64,000 nt of DNA from Alphaproteobacteria bacterium (GCA_009993885.1 JAACSN010000004.1:59106-123105), one strand, 5' to 3'. Positions 36,506 to 47,967 are shown, counted from the stretch's first letter. Numbers and translations: made by a program. Notes: a model not told the origin generated them from the letters alone.

Positions 36506-37339
36506 ATGGCCATATCATCAACTAACAATATAAAATTAGGATTAATATTCATAAAAGAGAATTTTGGCAGTATTTGGCTTATGACTTTTAAAGTCATGCT
36601 AACTGCAATCCCCCTCTTTTTCACCTTAGGCTTTACTGTTGCAGCCCTAGGCGGGCTTGACCTCTTAACAAACATAACAATGTCGGGAGAACCTCCCGCC
36701 CCCGCAATAGGTGAAGCAATCGCCGGCCTTAGTACCGGCAGCATACTCATCGCCGTCCTTATTAACGGTATTGCACTGCTTCTCCCCCTACTGGCGACAA
36801 TGGCTATGATGGTCGCGATCATACGCAGCATTGTTTTTAATGAAAAACTTGATAGGTCTATTTTATCAAAGCTCTGCAACAAAACGGTTCTAAGGGTTTT
36901 CGTAACAGAAATCATCATCGGCCTTCTCTTCTTAGTTATTGGTGCGATCCTTATAGGGATAACCTCCTTGGCTTTTGCGTCGGTACTCCAAGGCTTATTC
37001 TTTAGCTTTATGATCATGGTTCCGGTGTTTATTTACTTGCTCCTTCGCGTTTCCCTTATCCCCATTGGCGTAGCCGTCGGTGATATTCAATCGGTATCGG
37101 AAGCTTTACCCAAGACAAAAGGACAAATTTTCAATGTCTTTAAGGTCTTTGTATTATCATTCTTGATTTCGATGGGACTTCAACTTTTAATACGGCTTTC
37201 AACTCTTACGATGACCATGGAAGGGACGGGAATGATGATGATCGGCGCCATTCTGCTCTTGGTCGTTTTTGTGATTATTGTGCCGTTTTACCAAATCGGA
37301 AACACAGCCCTGTCGCACTTATATAAAAAAATTAGGTAA
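36506..37339 (+). CDS. Hypothetical polytopic membrane protein
   Basis: About 6 hydrophobic helices. Preferred over the antisense ORF 36502-37017. Confidence 0.6.
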   Translation: MAISSTNNIKLGLIFIKENFGSIWLMTFKVMLTAIPLFFTLGFTVAALGGLDLLTNITMSGEPPAPAIGEAIAGLSTGSILIAVLINGIALLLPLLATMAMMVAIIRSIVFNEKLDRSILSKLCNKTVLRVFVTEIIIGLLFLVIGAILIGITSLAFASVLQGLFFSFMIMVPVFIYLLLRVSLIPIGVAVGDIQSVSEALPKTKGQIFNVFKVFVLSFLISMGLQLLIRLSTLTMTMEGTGMMMIGAILLLVVFVIIVPFYQIGNTALSHLYKKIR

Positions 37340-37369
37340 GTAAGAGAAAACAGATCATCACATAAAAAA

Positions 37370-37394
37370 GCCTCCTGTCCCAAGGAGGCTTTTT
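37370..37394. terminator. Bidirectional terminator between convergent genes
   Basis: aaaaaa-gcctcc-tgtcccaa-ggaggc-ttttt. Confidence 0.65.
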
Positions 37395-37411
37395 CAACAG
37401 AACAAGGAGGA

Positions 37412-38014
37412 TCATCCCTTCAATTCTCGGTAATAAACAGCAAAGAAATGTTGCGTAACGACACCATCTCCCACTGCGTCATACAAGGACGGCAGATCGG
37501 ATAATTTGATACTTTCTCCCCCTTCCAACTCAAAAGTTCTATCCTCTGCCTCAAAAACGGGGAGCTCGGGCACAACGGGCACCAAAAGTTCATATAAAGC
37601 CCAATACTCGGGATCAAATGCCAAGGGTGAAGATCTCACAAATAACTTAGCCCCTTCCGTTTGCAGTCCCGCAAGCACAGACGGTCCGACTTCTTCTGTT
37701 GCCGCAACTTCATAAGTACGTTCATGAAAAACACGTTGTCCTAAAGGTGCCTCTGTGCCCAAGGGAAGGAGGCTTGTATAAACATCATTGAGTTTTGCCG
37801 TCACATCAAAACACACATACCGGCGTGTTTCTGTTTTGTATTGCCCTTTTTCATCAGGAGAGCCTTGTAATCCGCTAAAACAGTCTCTCAAGGTCGCCAC
37901 ATCCGCATCGACATCAAAGCGCAGAGCATCGGATCCCCCTGCCGTGCCTATAAAAAACGTCATTAGAACGCCGGCAAGAAAGGCATTTTTTTTATACTTA
38001 AAGATATTGGTCAT
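37412..38014 (-). CDS. Secreted hypothetical protein
   Basis: Signal peptide MTNIFKYKKNAFLAGVLMTFFIGTAGGSDA. Confidence 0.5.
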   Translation of the reverse strand: MTNIFKYKKNAFLAGVLMTFFIGTAGGSDALRFDVDADVATLRDCFSGLQGSPDEKGQYKTETRRYVCFDVTAKLNDVYTSLLPLGTEAPLGQRVFHERTYEVAATEEVGPSVLAGLQTEGAKLFVRSSPLAFDPEYWALYELLVPVVPELPVFEAEDRTFELEGGESIKLSDLPSLYDAVGDGVVTQHFFAVYYRELKG

Positions 38015-38298
38015 GTTTTTCCTCCTGTTTTTTTTAACAGCCTACCCCATAATAAAAAAACTTAAAAGACCTCTCAAAAAGCAGAGATAAATTTAACTTG
38101 AACCATCCCCTGTATTAAGGTCATAAAAATGTTAGCCCACTATGCTTGCGCACTATATGTTAGCACTATAGGCACTTCAGCACCTCTGCTCGAACAACTT
38201 ACCTTTTTGCTAAAATTTAAATTAAATATTGCAAATCAACACAAAAGATTTTTTAAGGCTTTTCCGGCCTAAAGAATATTTATCTTTTCAGGCGAATT

Positions 38299-39813
38299 GT
38301 GTACACTAAAAATCATAATAGAATAGAGCGCATGACTCCCTTTTTCAGAAGCCTTTTTTTGATTTTTTTTGTGGCGACGATTGCACAGCAAAACGCGGCC
38401 CTTTGCGCAAAGACAAAAAGGCACGGTCCTGTTTATGCCGCTATTGTTATAGACGATTATACCGGGACTATTCTCCATAAAACCAATGTTGACTCTCGAA
38501 CCTACCCGGCTTCTCTTACAAAAGTCATGACCCTTTATCTTCTCTTCGAGGCTCTTAAACACAAAAAAGTGACTCTTAATACGAAAATGAAAGTTTCTAA
38601 ACATGCCTCCGATCAAAAACCTTCAAAACTTTGGTTAAAACCCAATACCACCTTAAGCGTTAGAGATGCTTTGCTGGCGTTGACCGTCAAATCGGCAAAT
38701 GATGTCGCGGCTGTTGTGGCAGAACATTTAGGCGGAAGTGAAAAGAAATTCGCAGATCTGCTCACAAAAAAAGCAAAAGCTCTCGGCATGCATAATACGA
38801 CTTTTAAAAATGCTTCCGGCATGCCTAACCGCGAGCAAGTCACTACCGCAAGGGATATGGCGACTATGTTTCGTGCCCTACACCGCCATTTTCCCGATTA
38901 TTATCGCTATTTCAAACATAAACACTTTACCTTTCGAGGACAAAAATATCGCGCCCATACAAGCCTTCTCGGGCGCTGTCACGGGGTGGACGGTGTTAAA
39001 ACGGGTTTTATCAATGCTTCCGGCTTTAATTTGGTTGCCTCTGCAAAACGTGAAAACACGCGCCTCTTTGCCGTTGTCATGGGCGGAAAAACAGGCGTAT
39101 GGCGCGATAGGCGTATTGAAAACCTTATTAATCAATATTTTCCCAGAGCGTTAACCTTAAATAAAAATCGTCAAAAAACAGCTCTCGAGGATCCCTTCTC
39201 CCAAGAAGATATGCTCTGGGTTGAAAACTTTGTCCCGCCCCATAAACCGCACCGATTGTCCCCCGACATACCGGCAGAGAAAGAGCCCGAAAGCCTTATG
39301 GCGGATAAGACCCGATTTGAAACCCTTGTAGCCCAAAATTTTTCGACGCCGACCTTGGAAGTCGTTAGCACCCCCGAAGCGTCCTGCGACATAGCATCCG
39401 AGGTCAGCCTTGAAACACATGACGATCAAAAGGAACTTCTTAATGCATCCCTTTCCCCCTCCGATGATGAACCGGAAAGGGTTGCGGGGCTCCCGTCTCG
39501 CCATGATGCAGCGCTTTTAAATAACATCATTAAAAACGAGAGTTATGACGATATTAGCGGCGAAAATGCACCGGTCAAGACATGGGCGGCACAATTTGGC
39601 GCCTTTACTAAAGAATCCGATGCCCAAGATAAAGCCGATCTTATTGTGACCCTCATCCCCAATTTACCGGGTACAATCACAGTAACGCCTGCTCAACATC
39701 GCCGCACCCCTCTTTACCGAGCACGCCTTGTAAATATCACAAAAGAAGACGCTGAAAAGGTATGTCGAAAAATGCGTTTCCATGATATTCCCTGTTTGCC
39801 CTTAAAAAATTAA
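38299..39813 (+). CDS. Serine-type D-Ala-D-Ala carboxypeptidase (PBP5/6, peptidase S11) with a C-terminal SPOR domain
   Basis: SxxK motif PASLTKVMT, an SGN-type motif, KTGF. The C-terminal WAAQFGAF....A......L..........YRARL is SPOR-like. The start may be the ATG at 38332. Confidence 0.85.
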   Translation: MYTKNHNRIERMTPFFRSLFLIFFVATIAQQNAALCAKTKRHGPVYAAIVIDDYTGTILHKTNVDSRTYPASLTKVMTLYLLFEALKHKKVTLNTKMKVSKHASDQKPSKLWLKPNTTLSVRDALLALTVKSANDVAAVVAEHLGGSEKKFADLLTKKAKALGMHNTTFKNASGMPNREQVTTARDMATMFRALHRHFPDYYRYFKHKHFTFRGQKYRAHTSLLGRCHGVDGVKTGFINASGFNLVASAKRENTRLFAVVMGGKTGVWRDRRIENLINQYFPRALTLNKNRQKTALEDPFSQEDMLWVENFVPPHKPHRLSPDIPAEKEPESLMADKTRFETLVAQNFSTPTLEVVSTPEASCDIASEVSLETHDDQKELLNASLSPSDDEPERVAGLPSRHDAALLNNIIKNESYDDISGENAPVKTWAAQFGAFTKESDAQDKADLIVTLIPNLPGTITVTPAQHRRTPLYRARLVNITKEDAEKVCRKMRFHDIPCLPLKN

Positions 39814-40019
39814 GTTAGACAAATATACCCCTTGAAATTCTCTGCAATTCTGAGTATGTTCTGGGAGTATAAGAAATCAACATCACCCGTTTAACGGGGC
39901 AGACGATTTTTTAGCGGATAATTTTCAGCCCCTTTCTCTTATTTGAAAGACAGCAGAAAAAATCCGTAGACTTATCCGAATGATAGCCTTTAAAGGTTAT
40001 ACGGATGAATGTAGCATGT

Positions 40020-40094
40020 TGGGGTGTAGCCAAGCGGTAAGGCAGCGGTTTTTGGTGTCGCCATGCGCAGGTTCGAATCCTGCCACCCCAGCCA
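40020..40094 (+). tRNA. tRNA-Gln(UUG)
   Basis: TGGGGTGTAGCCAAGCGGTAAGGCA-GCGGT-TTTTGGT-GTCGC...GCAGGTTCGAATCCTGC-CACCCCA-G-CCA. Confidence 0.9.
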
Positions 40095-40207
40095 TTCTAA
40101 AAATGATTGAAATTCATTTGCCTTCGCCCTGCAATTTTTGTTGACGCGGAGTAGGAAATTACTGTATCAGTCTTAGTACTGGTTCAATTTGAGTGAGAAA
40201 CGTAAAA

Positions 40208-40672
40208 ATGAAAACATTTTCACTTCGTAAAGAAGATGTAAACAAAGAGTGGTTTGTTGTTGACGCACAGGACGTCGTTCTTGGGCGCCTTGCTGCTATT
40301 ATTGCAACACGTATTCGCGGCAAGCATAAGCCGACATACACCCCCCATATCGACTGTGGTGATCATATTATCGTTATTAATGCGGATAAAGTTCGTATGA
40401 CGGGCAAGAAAACTGCCGATAAGGTTTATTATCGCCATACAGGCTATCCGGGCGGAATTAAGTCGGCAACTGCCGGTGAAGTTCTAAGCGGTAAATTCCC
40501 TGAACGCGTTTTAAAAAAAGCCGTCGAGCGCATGCTTCCTAAGGGACCTCTTGGTCGTCAAGTTTTCACAAATCTGCGCGTTTATACAGGATCGGAACAT
40601 CCTCATGCAGCCCAGAACCCACAGGTTCTTGATGTAGCTGCTATGAACGACAAGAATAAGCGGAGCAATTAA
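40208..40672 (+). CDS. rplM: 50S ribosomal protein L13
   Basis: Start re-called to [20 protein letters not shown]. Also [18 protein letters not shown]. Confidence 0.93.
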   Translation: MKTFSLRKEDVNKEWFVVDAQDVVLGRLAAIIATRIRGKHKPTYTPHIDCGDHIIVINADKVRMTGKKTADKVYYRHTGYPGGIKSATAGEVLSGKFPERVLKKAVERMLPKGPLGRQVFTNLRVYTGSEHPHAAQNPQVLDVAAMNDKNKRSN

Positions 40673-40674
40673 TT

Positions 40675-41196
40675 ATGACTGAACAAAAAATTGGCCTTGA
40701 AGACCTAAAATCAGCCGTCGAGGGCACCGTTGCTCCGGCGACAGTCGCTCAAGCCGCTGCTAAAATTTCACAAACTTCCCCTGGGGTTCGTGAGCCTAAA
40801 ATTGATGCTCTTGGTCGCTCTTATGCAACAGGTCGCCGTAAAGATGCCACCGCACGTGTTTGGATCAAAGCCGGTTCCGGTAAAATGATCGTAAACGGCC
40901 GTGATTATACACAGTATTTTGCTCGCCCTGTTCTTCAAATGATCCTTAACCAACCTTTTCAAGTTGTACGTCGTGAGAATCAATTCGATATCATGTGCAC
41001 GGTTAAAGGCGGCGGACTTTCCGGACAAGCCGGTGCCGTAAAACACGGTATCAGTCGCGCTCTTACTTATTATGACCCTGAAACACGGGCAGAACTTAAA
41101 AAAGCCGGTCAATTAACACGCGATAGTCGTGTGGTTGAACGTAAGAAATACGGTAAGGCAAAAGCCCGTCGTAGCTTCCAATTCTCTAAACGCTAG
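40675..41196 (+). CDS. rpsI: 30S ribosomal protein S9
   Basis: GRRK.A.ARVW...G.G...VNG; GGG.SGQAGA..HGISRAL; RD.R.VERKK.G..KARR..QFSKR. Confidence 0.93.
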   Translation: MTEQKIGLEDLKSAVEGTVAPATVAQAAAKISQTSPGVREPKIDALGRSYATGRRKDATARVWIKAGSGKMIVNGRDYTQYFARPVLQMILNQPFQVVRRENQFDIMCTVKGGGLSGQAGAVKHGISRALTYYDPETRAELKKAGQLTRDSRVVERKKYGKAKARRSFQFSKR

Positions 41197-41250
41197 TTTT
41201 TATTCGAGCGCCCTTTATATCGCTCCGAGAATCACCGGCACCATAAAAAA

Positions 41251-41276
41251 ACCCGCCTTTTTTGGCGGGTTTTTTG
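41251..41276 (+). terminator. Rho-independent terminator after rpsI
   Basis: acccgcc-tttttt-ggcgggt-ttttt. Confidence 0.75.
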
Positions 41277-41592
41277 TTGCTTTTTCTTATCTAAATCTTT
41301 TAAAGCATGCACTCAGAAAGACGTTAAGAGAGAGATCTTGAAATTATATAGTTATTCCAAAAAGGATCTTGGGCGTCGTTTCTGTGAGCCTCCCATAAAC
41401 AAGGCCTCATTTCCGACCTCTAGCCTTGAATTTTTTAAAAAAAACTATAAAACCTGAAGAAACTCAGAAAAGAACATTAACGTTTTATTAATATTTATAG
41501 TGTTTAATAAAAACATCGATATGGATGATAATTCAATTTATTTTTAAAGTACTGCCCTATTACAATATAATAAACTCAACAGGGGAAAGAAT

Positions 41593-42288
41593 ATGTTAAA
41601 ACGCACAGCTTTTATATCAACCTTTATAATATCCTTATTTTTATTAAACTCTCTCTCATATGCTCACGTTGTTCGCGTTACCAACGGAACAAACGAAAGC
41701 ATTGCCTTTGACATTAACGGTGTTGCAGTAAGCGGCGGCTCAATGATGCAAGGGAAAATAAAACTAATATTCGAGCCGAACAAAAAAATATGGGACATAA
41801 ATAAGGCACAAAGCACCACTTATTACAAGAATGCCGGCGCAGTGCCCCTACATGAATTTTCAAGTGTTAGAAAACCTATTCTTGAGCCGGGTCATACAGC
41901 TGTCTTAGAATTTACAGATATTGACTCAGGAGTTTGTTTTGACTTTTCTAATGTTGCCGTCGGCCTAAAAAGCAAGGGGTATTCCATGAGAGCCCGTGAA
42001 ATTAAATTTGCTGACTCCGATGAATTTGGAAAAGTTATGGACTCTGTTGAAGGCATGGGAACTGATATCTCCGGCATCGGAGAAGGTGTCGGTGCATTGG
42101 GCGGTAAAGCAAAAGCTGTCGGAGCTGCGTTGCAAGGCATTGGCGGCTTATGGGGGAAAATTTCATCAGCTGCAAAAGGAAGCGGATGCCGAAATATCTC
42201 AATGGTCGTTATAAAAACCGATATTTCCGGAACACCTGAAGAAGGCCTAAAACTGGGAGATACGCTTGGTGTTTTTGTCCTAAGGTAA
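41593..42288 (+). CDS. Secreted hypothetical protein with a Gly-rich C-terminal part
   Basis: Signal peptide MLKRTAFISTFIISLFLLNSLSYA. RBS AGGGGAAAG. Preferred over the antisense ORF 41892-42356. Confidence 0.5.
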   Translation: MLKRTAFISTFIISLFLLNSLSYAHVVRVTNGTNESIAFDINGVAVSGGSMMQGKIKLIFEPNKKIWDINKAQSTTYYKNAGAVPLHEFSSVRKPILEPGHTAVLEFTDIDSGVCFDFSNVAVGLKSKGYSMRAREIKFADSDEFGKVMDSVEGMGTDISGIGEGVGALGGKAKAVGAALQGIGGLWGKISSAAKGSGCRNISMVVIKTDISGTPEEGLKLGDTLGVFVLR

Positions 42289-42453
42289 AATCTTAATTCA
42301 TCTAAAAAAAGCCCTTTATGTAATTCATACGGGGCTTTTTGATATAGTCCTTTCAAAAACGTTCAGAGCCTAGACACCGGAACTTATGTTTATAGCTGCC
42401 GAGTGTAAGGACGATGTCCGAGATTTTTTGGAATACCGGTACTATAAATCGTA

Positions 42454-42759
42454 TCACTTCTCGGATAGCAAAGAGGAAACACTATTCCACATAAGGCGTT
42501 TAGCCGCCTCATTGTCGATATTGTATTTCGGATAAAGCTCCATAAAGACAAGTAAATGGTGATGATAAAGTTGAAAGGAGGAGTCTCTATTCTGAATCGT
42601 ACACGCTTCTCTCATGCCGTTTAGAGCAGCCTTTAAATCATTCGGCAGCACGAAAGAAGGACGGCTTTCTTCGGAATCTTCCCCGTTATTTATAGGACTG
42701 GCCTTTGTATGATTAAAAGCCAGTAAAGCTATGGCTGTGACTATATATCTATATTTCAT
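42454..42759 (-). CDS. Small secreted hypothetical protein
   Basis: Signal peptide MKYRYIVTAIALLAFNHTKA. Confidence 0.45.
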   Translation of the reverse strand: MKYRYIVTAIALLAFNHTKASPINNGEDSEESRPSFVLPNDLKAALNGMREACTIQNRDSSFQLYHHHLLVFMELYPKYNIDNEAAKRLMWNSVSSLLSEK

Positions 42760-42899
42760 AATAATCTCCCTCGTTGCTTATTTTTTCTGCTTTTGAAAAA
42801 GAAAGAAGCTCATGATTTTTCAAAGTCAGCACCCCTATTTTTACCTGAATAATACTTAACTGACAAGACCGCCCTTAGATCTCTCTCCTATCTTGGAGG

Positions 42900-42956
42900 A
42901 ACAACCCATAAAAAAAGGAGCCTCGCAGAGCTCCTTTTTGATAGGTAAAAAGCTAT
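42900..42956. repeat. Copy A of a duplicated ~57-bp terminator-containing segment (paired with 43834-43891)
   Basis: AACAACCCATAAAAAAAGGAGCCTCGCAGAGCTCCTTTTTGATAGGTAAAAAGCTAT. Confidence 0.75.
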
Positions 42957-43098
42957 TTAGAAGAGCAGAGAAAAAATCATTTCTCTATTAAAGCATCCGC
43001 TGATAGCCGAAAAAAAGTCTGCTGGCTACGTATATTAAGCGTATAGCCCTAAGAATGAGACTCTTTATAAAAGTGCGTTTATCATTTTCCTAAAAATT

Positions 43099-43665
43099 TT
43101 AATGCTGCGGCTGCCAGTCTAACCCTTTTTTCACATAGAGTTTTCTAAGCATTTTCTCCCAAGAAGATTGGGTCGCATGAAGTGCAATAACCCACAATTT
43201 ATATAACCAAGCATAATCTGCTTTCGTGTAAAGACCTGCATATCTAAGCCCCGCTTGAAATCTACGAAGACCTTTCCCTCTTTTTAAATTCGCCTTTAAC
43301 ACAGGAGATTTTGTAAGCAGAGGATATTTTCGGGAAAGCTCAGTAATGCAATCAGCTACCTTTTTCCCCACCTCATGCGAAAGATTTCTTTCTAAAAACG
43401 CCCTCGTATAAGGCGTATGAATATGTGGTGTCTTAGATTCAATCTTATAAACAGTGCTAGTTTCTACTAAATATTTTTCAATATGCTTAAAAACATTCCT
43501 AATTGAAGGTTCGGCACTTTCTGAAGAGCTTGTGTCTATAGAAAAAATTTGAGGTTTAAGTATATATTCATATTCTGAATCAATTATCATATAAGATAGA
43601 CTTTTATTACTACTGTCCCATTGAATTGCAATCGTTACTGTTTCTTCTGTCTTTACTTCTTTCAT
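43099..43665 (-). CDS. Hypothetical orphan protein, bracketed by the duplicated lon terminator
   Basis: 188-aa ORF with an extremely AT-rich upstream region (43666-43830). No recognisable motifs. Confidence 0.5.
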   Translation of the reverse strand: MKEVKTEETVTIAIQWDSSNKSLSYMIIDSEYEYILKPQIFSIDTSSSESAEPSIRNVFKHIEKYLVETSTVYKIESKTPHIHTPYTRAFLERNLSHEVGKKVADCITELSRKYPLLTKSPVLKANLKRGKGLRRFQAGLRYAGLYTKADYAWLYKLWVIALHATQSSWEKMLRKLYVKKGLDWQPQH

Positions 43666-43833
43666 AATATTTCCTTATTTAATTTTACTAATATATTATT
43701 AATTATTACATGTTACAATTATTAATAATATATTATAATTATATTGCAATACTTTAATTTTAGTAAATGAAAACTATTTTTATAGAGCTTTCATTATTCA
43801 AAGCAACTTATGTATATATTGTTAATTATTTCT

Positions 43834-43891
43834 AACAACCCATAAAAAAAAGGAGCCTCGAAAAGCTCCTTTTTTACAGGTAAAAAGCTAT
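43834..43891. repeat. Copy B of the duplicated segment; functions as the lon terminator
   Basis: AACAACCCATAAAAAAAAGGAGCCTCGAAAAGCTCCTTTTTTACAGGTAAAAAGCTAT. It lies about 25 nt downstream of the lon stop. Confidence 0.75.
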
Positions 43892-43916
43892 GAAAGCTCT
43901 GAAACGGAAGCCTCTC

Positions 43917-46328
43917 TTAATGAGCTCGCGTCTCGTCGCCCCTTGCATGGTCTTTTTTTGAAGACGGTTTAGGGGGCGTCCACACAACAGATTTTGGCTT
44001 CCTAACCAAGGCATTTGCAAGCACTTCTTCAACGGTGGCCACAGGAATGATTTTAAGACCTGCTTTTATCTTTTCCGGAATTTCCGTTAAATCTTTTTCG
44101 TTATCCTTAGGGATTAAAACCGTTTTTATACCGCCGCGATGGGCTGCCAGCAACTTTTCTTTTAACCCTCCAATGGGTAAGACACGGCCTCTTAGGGTAA
44201 TTTCTCCGGTCATGGCCACATCACGCTTGACGGGAATGCCCGTTAGCATAGAAACAATTGACGTACACATGGTTACACCTGCAGACGGCCCGTCCTTTGG
44301 TGTGGCGCCTTCAGGAACGTGGATATGGATATCATTTTTTTCAAACACAGGCGGAATAATACCGAAATCCGTTGACCGTGAACGGATATAACTGGCTGCT
44401 GCTTGAACGGATTCTTGCATCACTTCACCAAGCTTTCCGGTAATAATCATCTTGCCTTTACCGGGTAACATCACCGCTTCCACAAAGAGAATATCGCCGC
44501 CGGCCTCGGTCCAAGCAAGGCCGGTTGTGGTTCCCACCATGTCCTTAGTTTCAGATACACCGTATTTAAAGCGCGGAACACCAAGATAAGTTTGTAAATT
44601 ACGTTCCGTAATTTTAATGGTTTTCTTGGATTTCGTGGTTAAAATTTCTTTGATCGCCTTACGCAATAGTTTTGAAATTTCACGCTCCAAATTTCTCACA
44701 CCGGCTTCCCGTGTATAATGGCGCAGAATATCCCGCAATGCATTTTCAGAAATGCTCCACTCTTTATCGGCTAACCCGTGGCGTTCCATTTGTTTTGGAA
44801 TCAAGTAACGCAGAGCAATTTGCACTTTTTCATCTTCCGTATACCCGGAAAGACGAATAATTTCCATACGATCAAGAAGAGGTTGAGGCATATCAAGGCT
44901 ATTGGCCGTTGTCACAAACATCACATCGGACAAGTCATAATCAACTTCAAGATAATGGTCATTAAAAGCCGTATTTTGCTCAGGATCCAAGACTTCCAAA
45001 AGAGCCGAAGCCGGGTCACCGCGCCAATCGCTTCCCATTTTATCGATCTCGTCCAATAAAAAGAGAGGGTTAGACGAGCCTGCTTTCTTCATTCCTTGAA
45101 CGATTTTTCCCGGCATGGCGCCGATGTAAGTGCGGCGATGGCCTCTAATTTCAGATTCATCCCGCACGCCGCCAAGGGCCATACGAACAAACTTTCGCCC
45201 CGTCGCACGGGCGATGGATTCTCCAAGGGAAGTTTTACCGACACCCGGAGGGCCTACAAGACAAAGGATAGGGCCTTTAACTTTGCCAACACGAGACTGC
45301 ACGGCCAAATATTCAACAATACGTTCCTTAACCGTTGTAAGGCCATAGTGATCTTCATCTAAAACTTCTTGAGCAACGACAATATCTTTTTTGACTTTGC
45401 TCGGTTTATTCCAAGGAAGACTCAACACCCAATCCAAATAATTACGCACAACCGTTGCCTCGGAAGCCATAGGATTCATGGCCTTAAACTTCTTAAGTTC
45501 TGCTTTAACTTTCTCGCGTGCTTCTTTGGATAACTTGACGCCTTTCAGCTTTTTCTCGAATTCTTCCGCATCACTTAAGATATCGCCGTCTTCGCCCAAT
45601 TCCTTTTGAATCGCCTTCATTTGCTCATTCAAATAATACTCGCGCTGAGACTTCTCCATCTGGGTTTTGACACGACCCCGAATGCGTTTTTCAGCTTGCA
45701 TCACACTGATTTCAGTCTCCATAAACGCACAAATGGCCTCAAGACGTTCTGTGACGTTAATGATTTCAAGAACCTTTTGTTTATCAACAACTTTAATGGT
45801 CAAGTGAGATGCCAAAGTATCCGCCAGTTGATGGGGTTCATCAATTTTTGCAACGGAAGCCAAAGATTCCGGCGGGATTTTAGGATTTAACTTAAGGTAT
45901 TGTTCAAAAACATTAATGGCATTTCGCATATGCGCTTCGGCTTCAGGATTCACTTCATCCACATCAGGCTTGATGATTTCTACATCCGCAACAAAATATC
46001 CCTCTTTTTTAGAGAGTTTAAAAACATGGGCTCGTTGTTCGCCTTCAACAAGAACTTTCACCGTTCCGTCAGGTAACTTCAAAAGTTGCAAGACCTGAGC
46101 AACAGTTCCCATTGTATAAAGATCTTTTCCCTTTGGCTCTTCGAGCGCAGGGTCTTTTTGCGTAACCAGCAACACCCGTTGATCCTTGAGCATGACCTCT
46201 TCAAGGGCATTCACGGATTTCTCGCGTCCCACAAAAAGCGGCACAATCATATTCGGGAAAACAACAATATCCCTTAAAGGTAAAACGGGTAAGCTGTTTT
46301 TAGTAGGGAGTTCAAGGTTTTTTGCCAC
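43917..46328 (-). CDS. lon: ATP-dependent Lon protease
   Basis: [12 protein letters not shown]; [11 protein letters not shown]; DEIDK; the catalytic segment PKDGPSAG; 803 aa. Confidence 0.95.
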   Translation of the reverse strand: MAKNLELPTKNSLPVLPLRDIVVFPNMIVPLFVGREKSVNALEEVMLKDQRVLLVTQKDPALEEPKGKDLYTMGTVAQVLQLLKLPDGTVKVLVEGEQRAHVFKLSKKEGYFVADVEIIKPDVDEVNPEAEAHMRNAINVFEQYLKLNPKIPPESLASVAKIDEPHQLADTLASHLTIKVVDKQKVLEIINVTERLEAICAFMETEISVMQAEKRIRGRVKTQMEKSQREYYLNEQMKAIQKELGEDGDILSDAEEFEKKLKGVKLSKEAREKVKAELKKFKAMNPMASEATVVRNYLDWVLSLPWNKPSKVKKDIVVAQEVLDEDHYGLTTVKERIVEYLAVQSRVGKVKGPILCLVGPPGVGKTSLGESIARATGRKFVRMALGGVRDESEIRGHRRTYIGAMPGKIVQGMKKAGSSNPLFLLDEIDKMGSDWRGDPASALLEVLDPEQNTAFNDHYLEVDYDLSDVMFVTTANSLDMPQPLLDRMEIIRLSGYTEDEKVQIALRYLIPKQMERHGLADKEWSISENALRDILRHYTREAGVRNLEREISKLLRKAIKEILTTKSKKTIKITERNLQTYLGVPRFKYGVSETKDMVGTTTGLAWTEAGGDILFVEAVMLPGKGKMIITGKLGEVMQESVQAAASYIRSRSTDFGIIPPVFEKNDIHIHVPEGATPKDGPSAGVTMCTSIVSMLTGIPVKRDVAMTGEITLRGRVLPIGGLKEKLLAAHRGGIKTVLIPKDNEKDLTEIPEKIKAGLKIIPVATVEEVLANALVRKPKSVVWTPPKPSSKKDHARGDETRAH

Positions 46329-46457
46329 GTTATTTCTCTCTTTATTCTTATAAATACTATAGGGCCATTTTTATAGGAAGCGCCTTTTGTCTCAAAGACT
46401 CTATACAAAAAGGGCCTTGCAAGGCCCCTCTTCTTTCTTAAAAAAAACAGCAGGCGC

Positions 46458-47735
46458 TCATGCTAGGGATTTTGCAGCTTTCTTAGGCGCTGCTTTTTCC
46501 TCTTTCTTATATACTAGCAAAGGTTTCCCTGTTCCATCAATAACTTCTGCATTAATAATCACTTCTTCAAGATCATCCTGCCCCGGGATATCATACATGG
46601 TTTCAAGCAGAGCTATTTCCATAATGGAACGCAATCCGCGTGCACCTGTTTTACGTCGGATCGCTTTTTTAGCGATCGCCTTTAAGGCCGATTCATTAAA
46701 GGTTAATTTCACACCTTCCATTTCAAACAGCTTTTCATACTGCTTAATCAAGGCATTTTTAGGTTCCGTCAAAATTTGAACCAACGCCTCTTCATCAAGA
46801 TCCGTTAACGTTGTAACAATGGGCAAACGACCGATAAACTCGGGAATCAAACCAAATTTCACAAGGTCTGTGGGCTCAATACCCGTCAATAACTCACCGA
46901 TACCGGCGTCACTTTCATCTCGAACTTCTGCACCAAATCCCATACCGGCGCCTTTATCACGCTGGGAAATAATCTTTTCAATACCCGCAAAAGCCCCTCC
47001 GCAAATAAAGAGGATATTAGAAGTATCTACCTGTAGAAACTCTTGCTGGGGATGCTTACGCCCGCCTTGAGGCGGCACAGAAGCAACGGTTCCTTCCATA
47101 ATTTTGAGCAAGGCTTGTTGCACACCTTCACCGGAAACATCTCGGGTAATCGAAGGGTTATCGGATTTGCGAGAAATCTTATCTACCTCATCAATATAGA
47201 CAATACCGCGTTGAGCTTTTTCAACATTATACTCTGCGGCTTGAAGCAATTTCAGGATGATATTTTCAACGTCTTCTCCCACATAACCGGCTTCGGTCAA
47301 GGTGGTTGCATCAGCTATGGTGAAAGGAACGTTTAAAATACGAGCCAATGTTTGCGCTAAAAGCGTTTTACCGCAACCCGTCGGTCCTAAAAGCAAAATG
47401 TTAGATTTTTGCAGCTCAACCTCGGCTGTGCCTTGCATATGATCAACGCGCTTATAGTGATTATAAACCGCAACAGAAAGGACACGCTTTGCCTCGTCTT
47501 GACCGATCACATAGTTATCAAGATGTTCTCTAATCTCACGGGGGGTCGGTACCTTATCCTCATGGCCGCCAAGAGGACTCGCTTTGTTTTCCTCACGAAT
47601 AATATCAATACACAGATCAACACATTCATCACAAATGAACACATTGGGCCCTGCGATTAATTTTTTCACCTCGTGTTGGCTTTTTCCACAAAATGAACAA
47701 TGGAGTACTTCTTTGTCTTTATCTGATTTGCTCAT
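46458..47735 (-). CDS. clpX: ATP-dependent Clp protease ATP-binding subunit ClpX
   Basis: Start re-called to [30 protein letters not shown] (zinc-binding domain). Also [11 protein letters not shown]; IVYIDEVDK. Confidence 0.95.
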   Translation of the reverse strand: MSKSDKDKEVLHCSFCGKSQHEVKKLIAGPNVFICDECVDLCIDIIREENKASPLGGHEDKVPTPREIREHLDNYVIGQDEAKRVLSVAVYNHYKRVDHMQGTAEVELQKSNILLLGPTGCGKTLLAQTLARILNVPFTIADATTLTEAGYVGEDVENIILKLLQAAEYNVEKAQRGIVYIDEVDKISRKSDNPSITRDVSGEGVQQALLKIMEGTVASVPPQGGRKHPQQEFLQVDTSNILFICGGAFAGIEKIISQRDKGAGMGFGAEVRDESDAGIGELLTGIEPTDLVKFGLIPEFIGRLPIVTTLTDLDEEALVQILTEPKNALIKQYEKLFEMEGVKLTFNESALKAIAKKAIRRKTGARGLRSIMEIALLETMYDIPGQDDLEEVIINAEVIDGTGKPLLVYKKEEKAAPKKAAKSLA

Positions 47736-47967
47736 ATCGAACCGCCTTTTTCTTATTCTAGTAGTACCCGAATCTTGTCCATGACAAAAGTGTTTTTTAT
47801 ACTTCTTAGTCTCTATAACCTTACTATGCCAAAAAGTTAATAACAAAACGTTAACAAATTCACTAAAATTTTATTTTTTTTAAAAAAATCCTTATAAATC
47901 CTCATTTAATTCACCTAAATAGAAAATTAACCTTTTTTGATTACGATAGAAATAGATAAATAAGAAA

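Noticed and set aside
36502-37017. 171-aa minus-strand ORF
   Set aside because: It is antisense to a polytopic membrane-protein ORF that has a coherent TM pattern. The plus strand is preferred.
38269-38616. 115-aa minus-strand ORF overlapping the start of the DD-carboxypeptidase gene
   Set aside because: It is antisense to a gene with a clear SxxK active site and signal sequence, and has no supporting motif.
41892-42356. 154-aa minus-strand ORF
   Set aside because: It is antisense to the signal-peptide ORF 41593-42288, which has an RBS. The product is P/S-rich and implausible.
46458-47846. N-terminal extensions proposed by the ORF track for clpX (37 aa), rpsH (43 aa), tolC (13 aa), rplM (5 aa), rpsM (7 aa) and the CheR-like gene (42 aa)
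   Set aside because: Conserved protein N-termini and RBS positions indicate later starts, and the extensions overlap upstream genes or AT-rich promoters.
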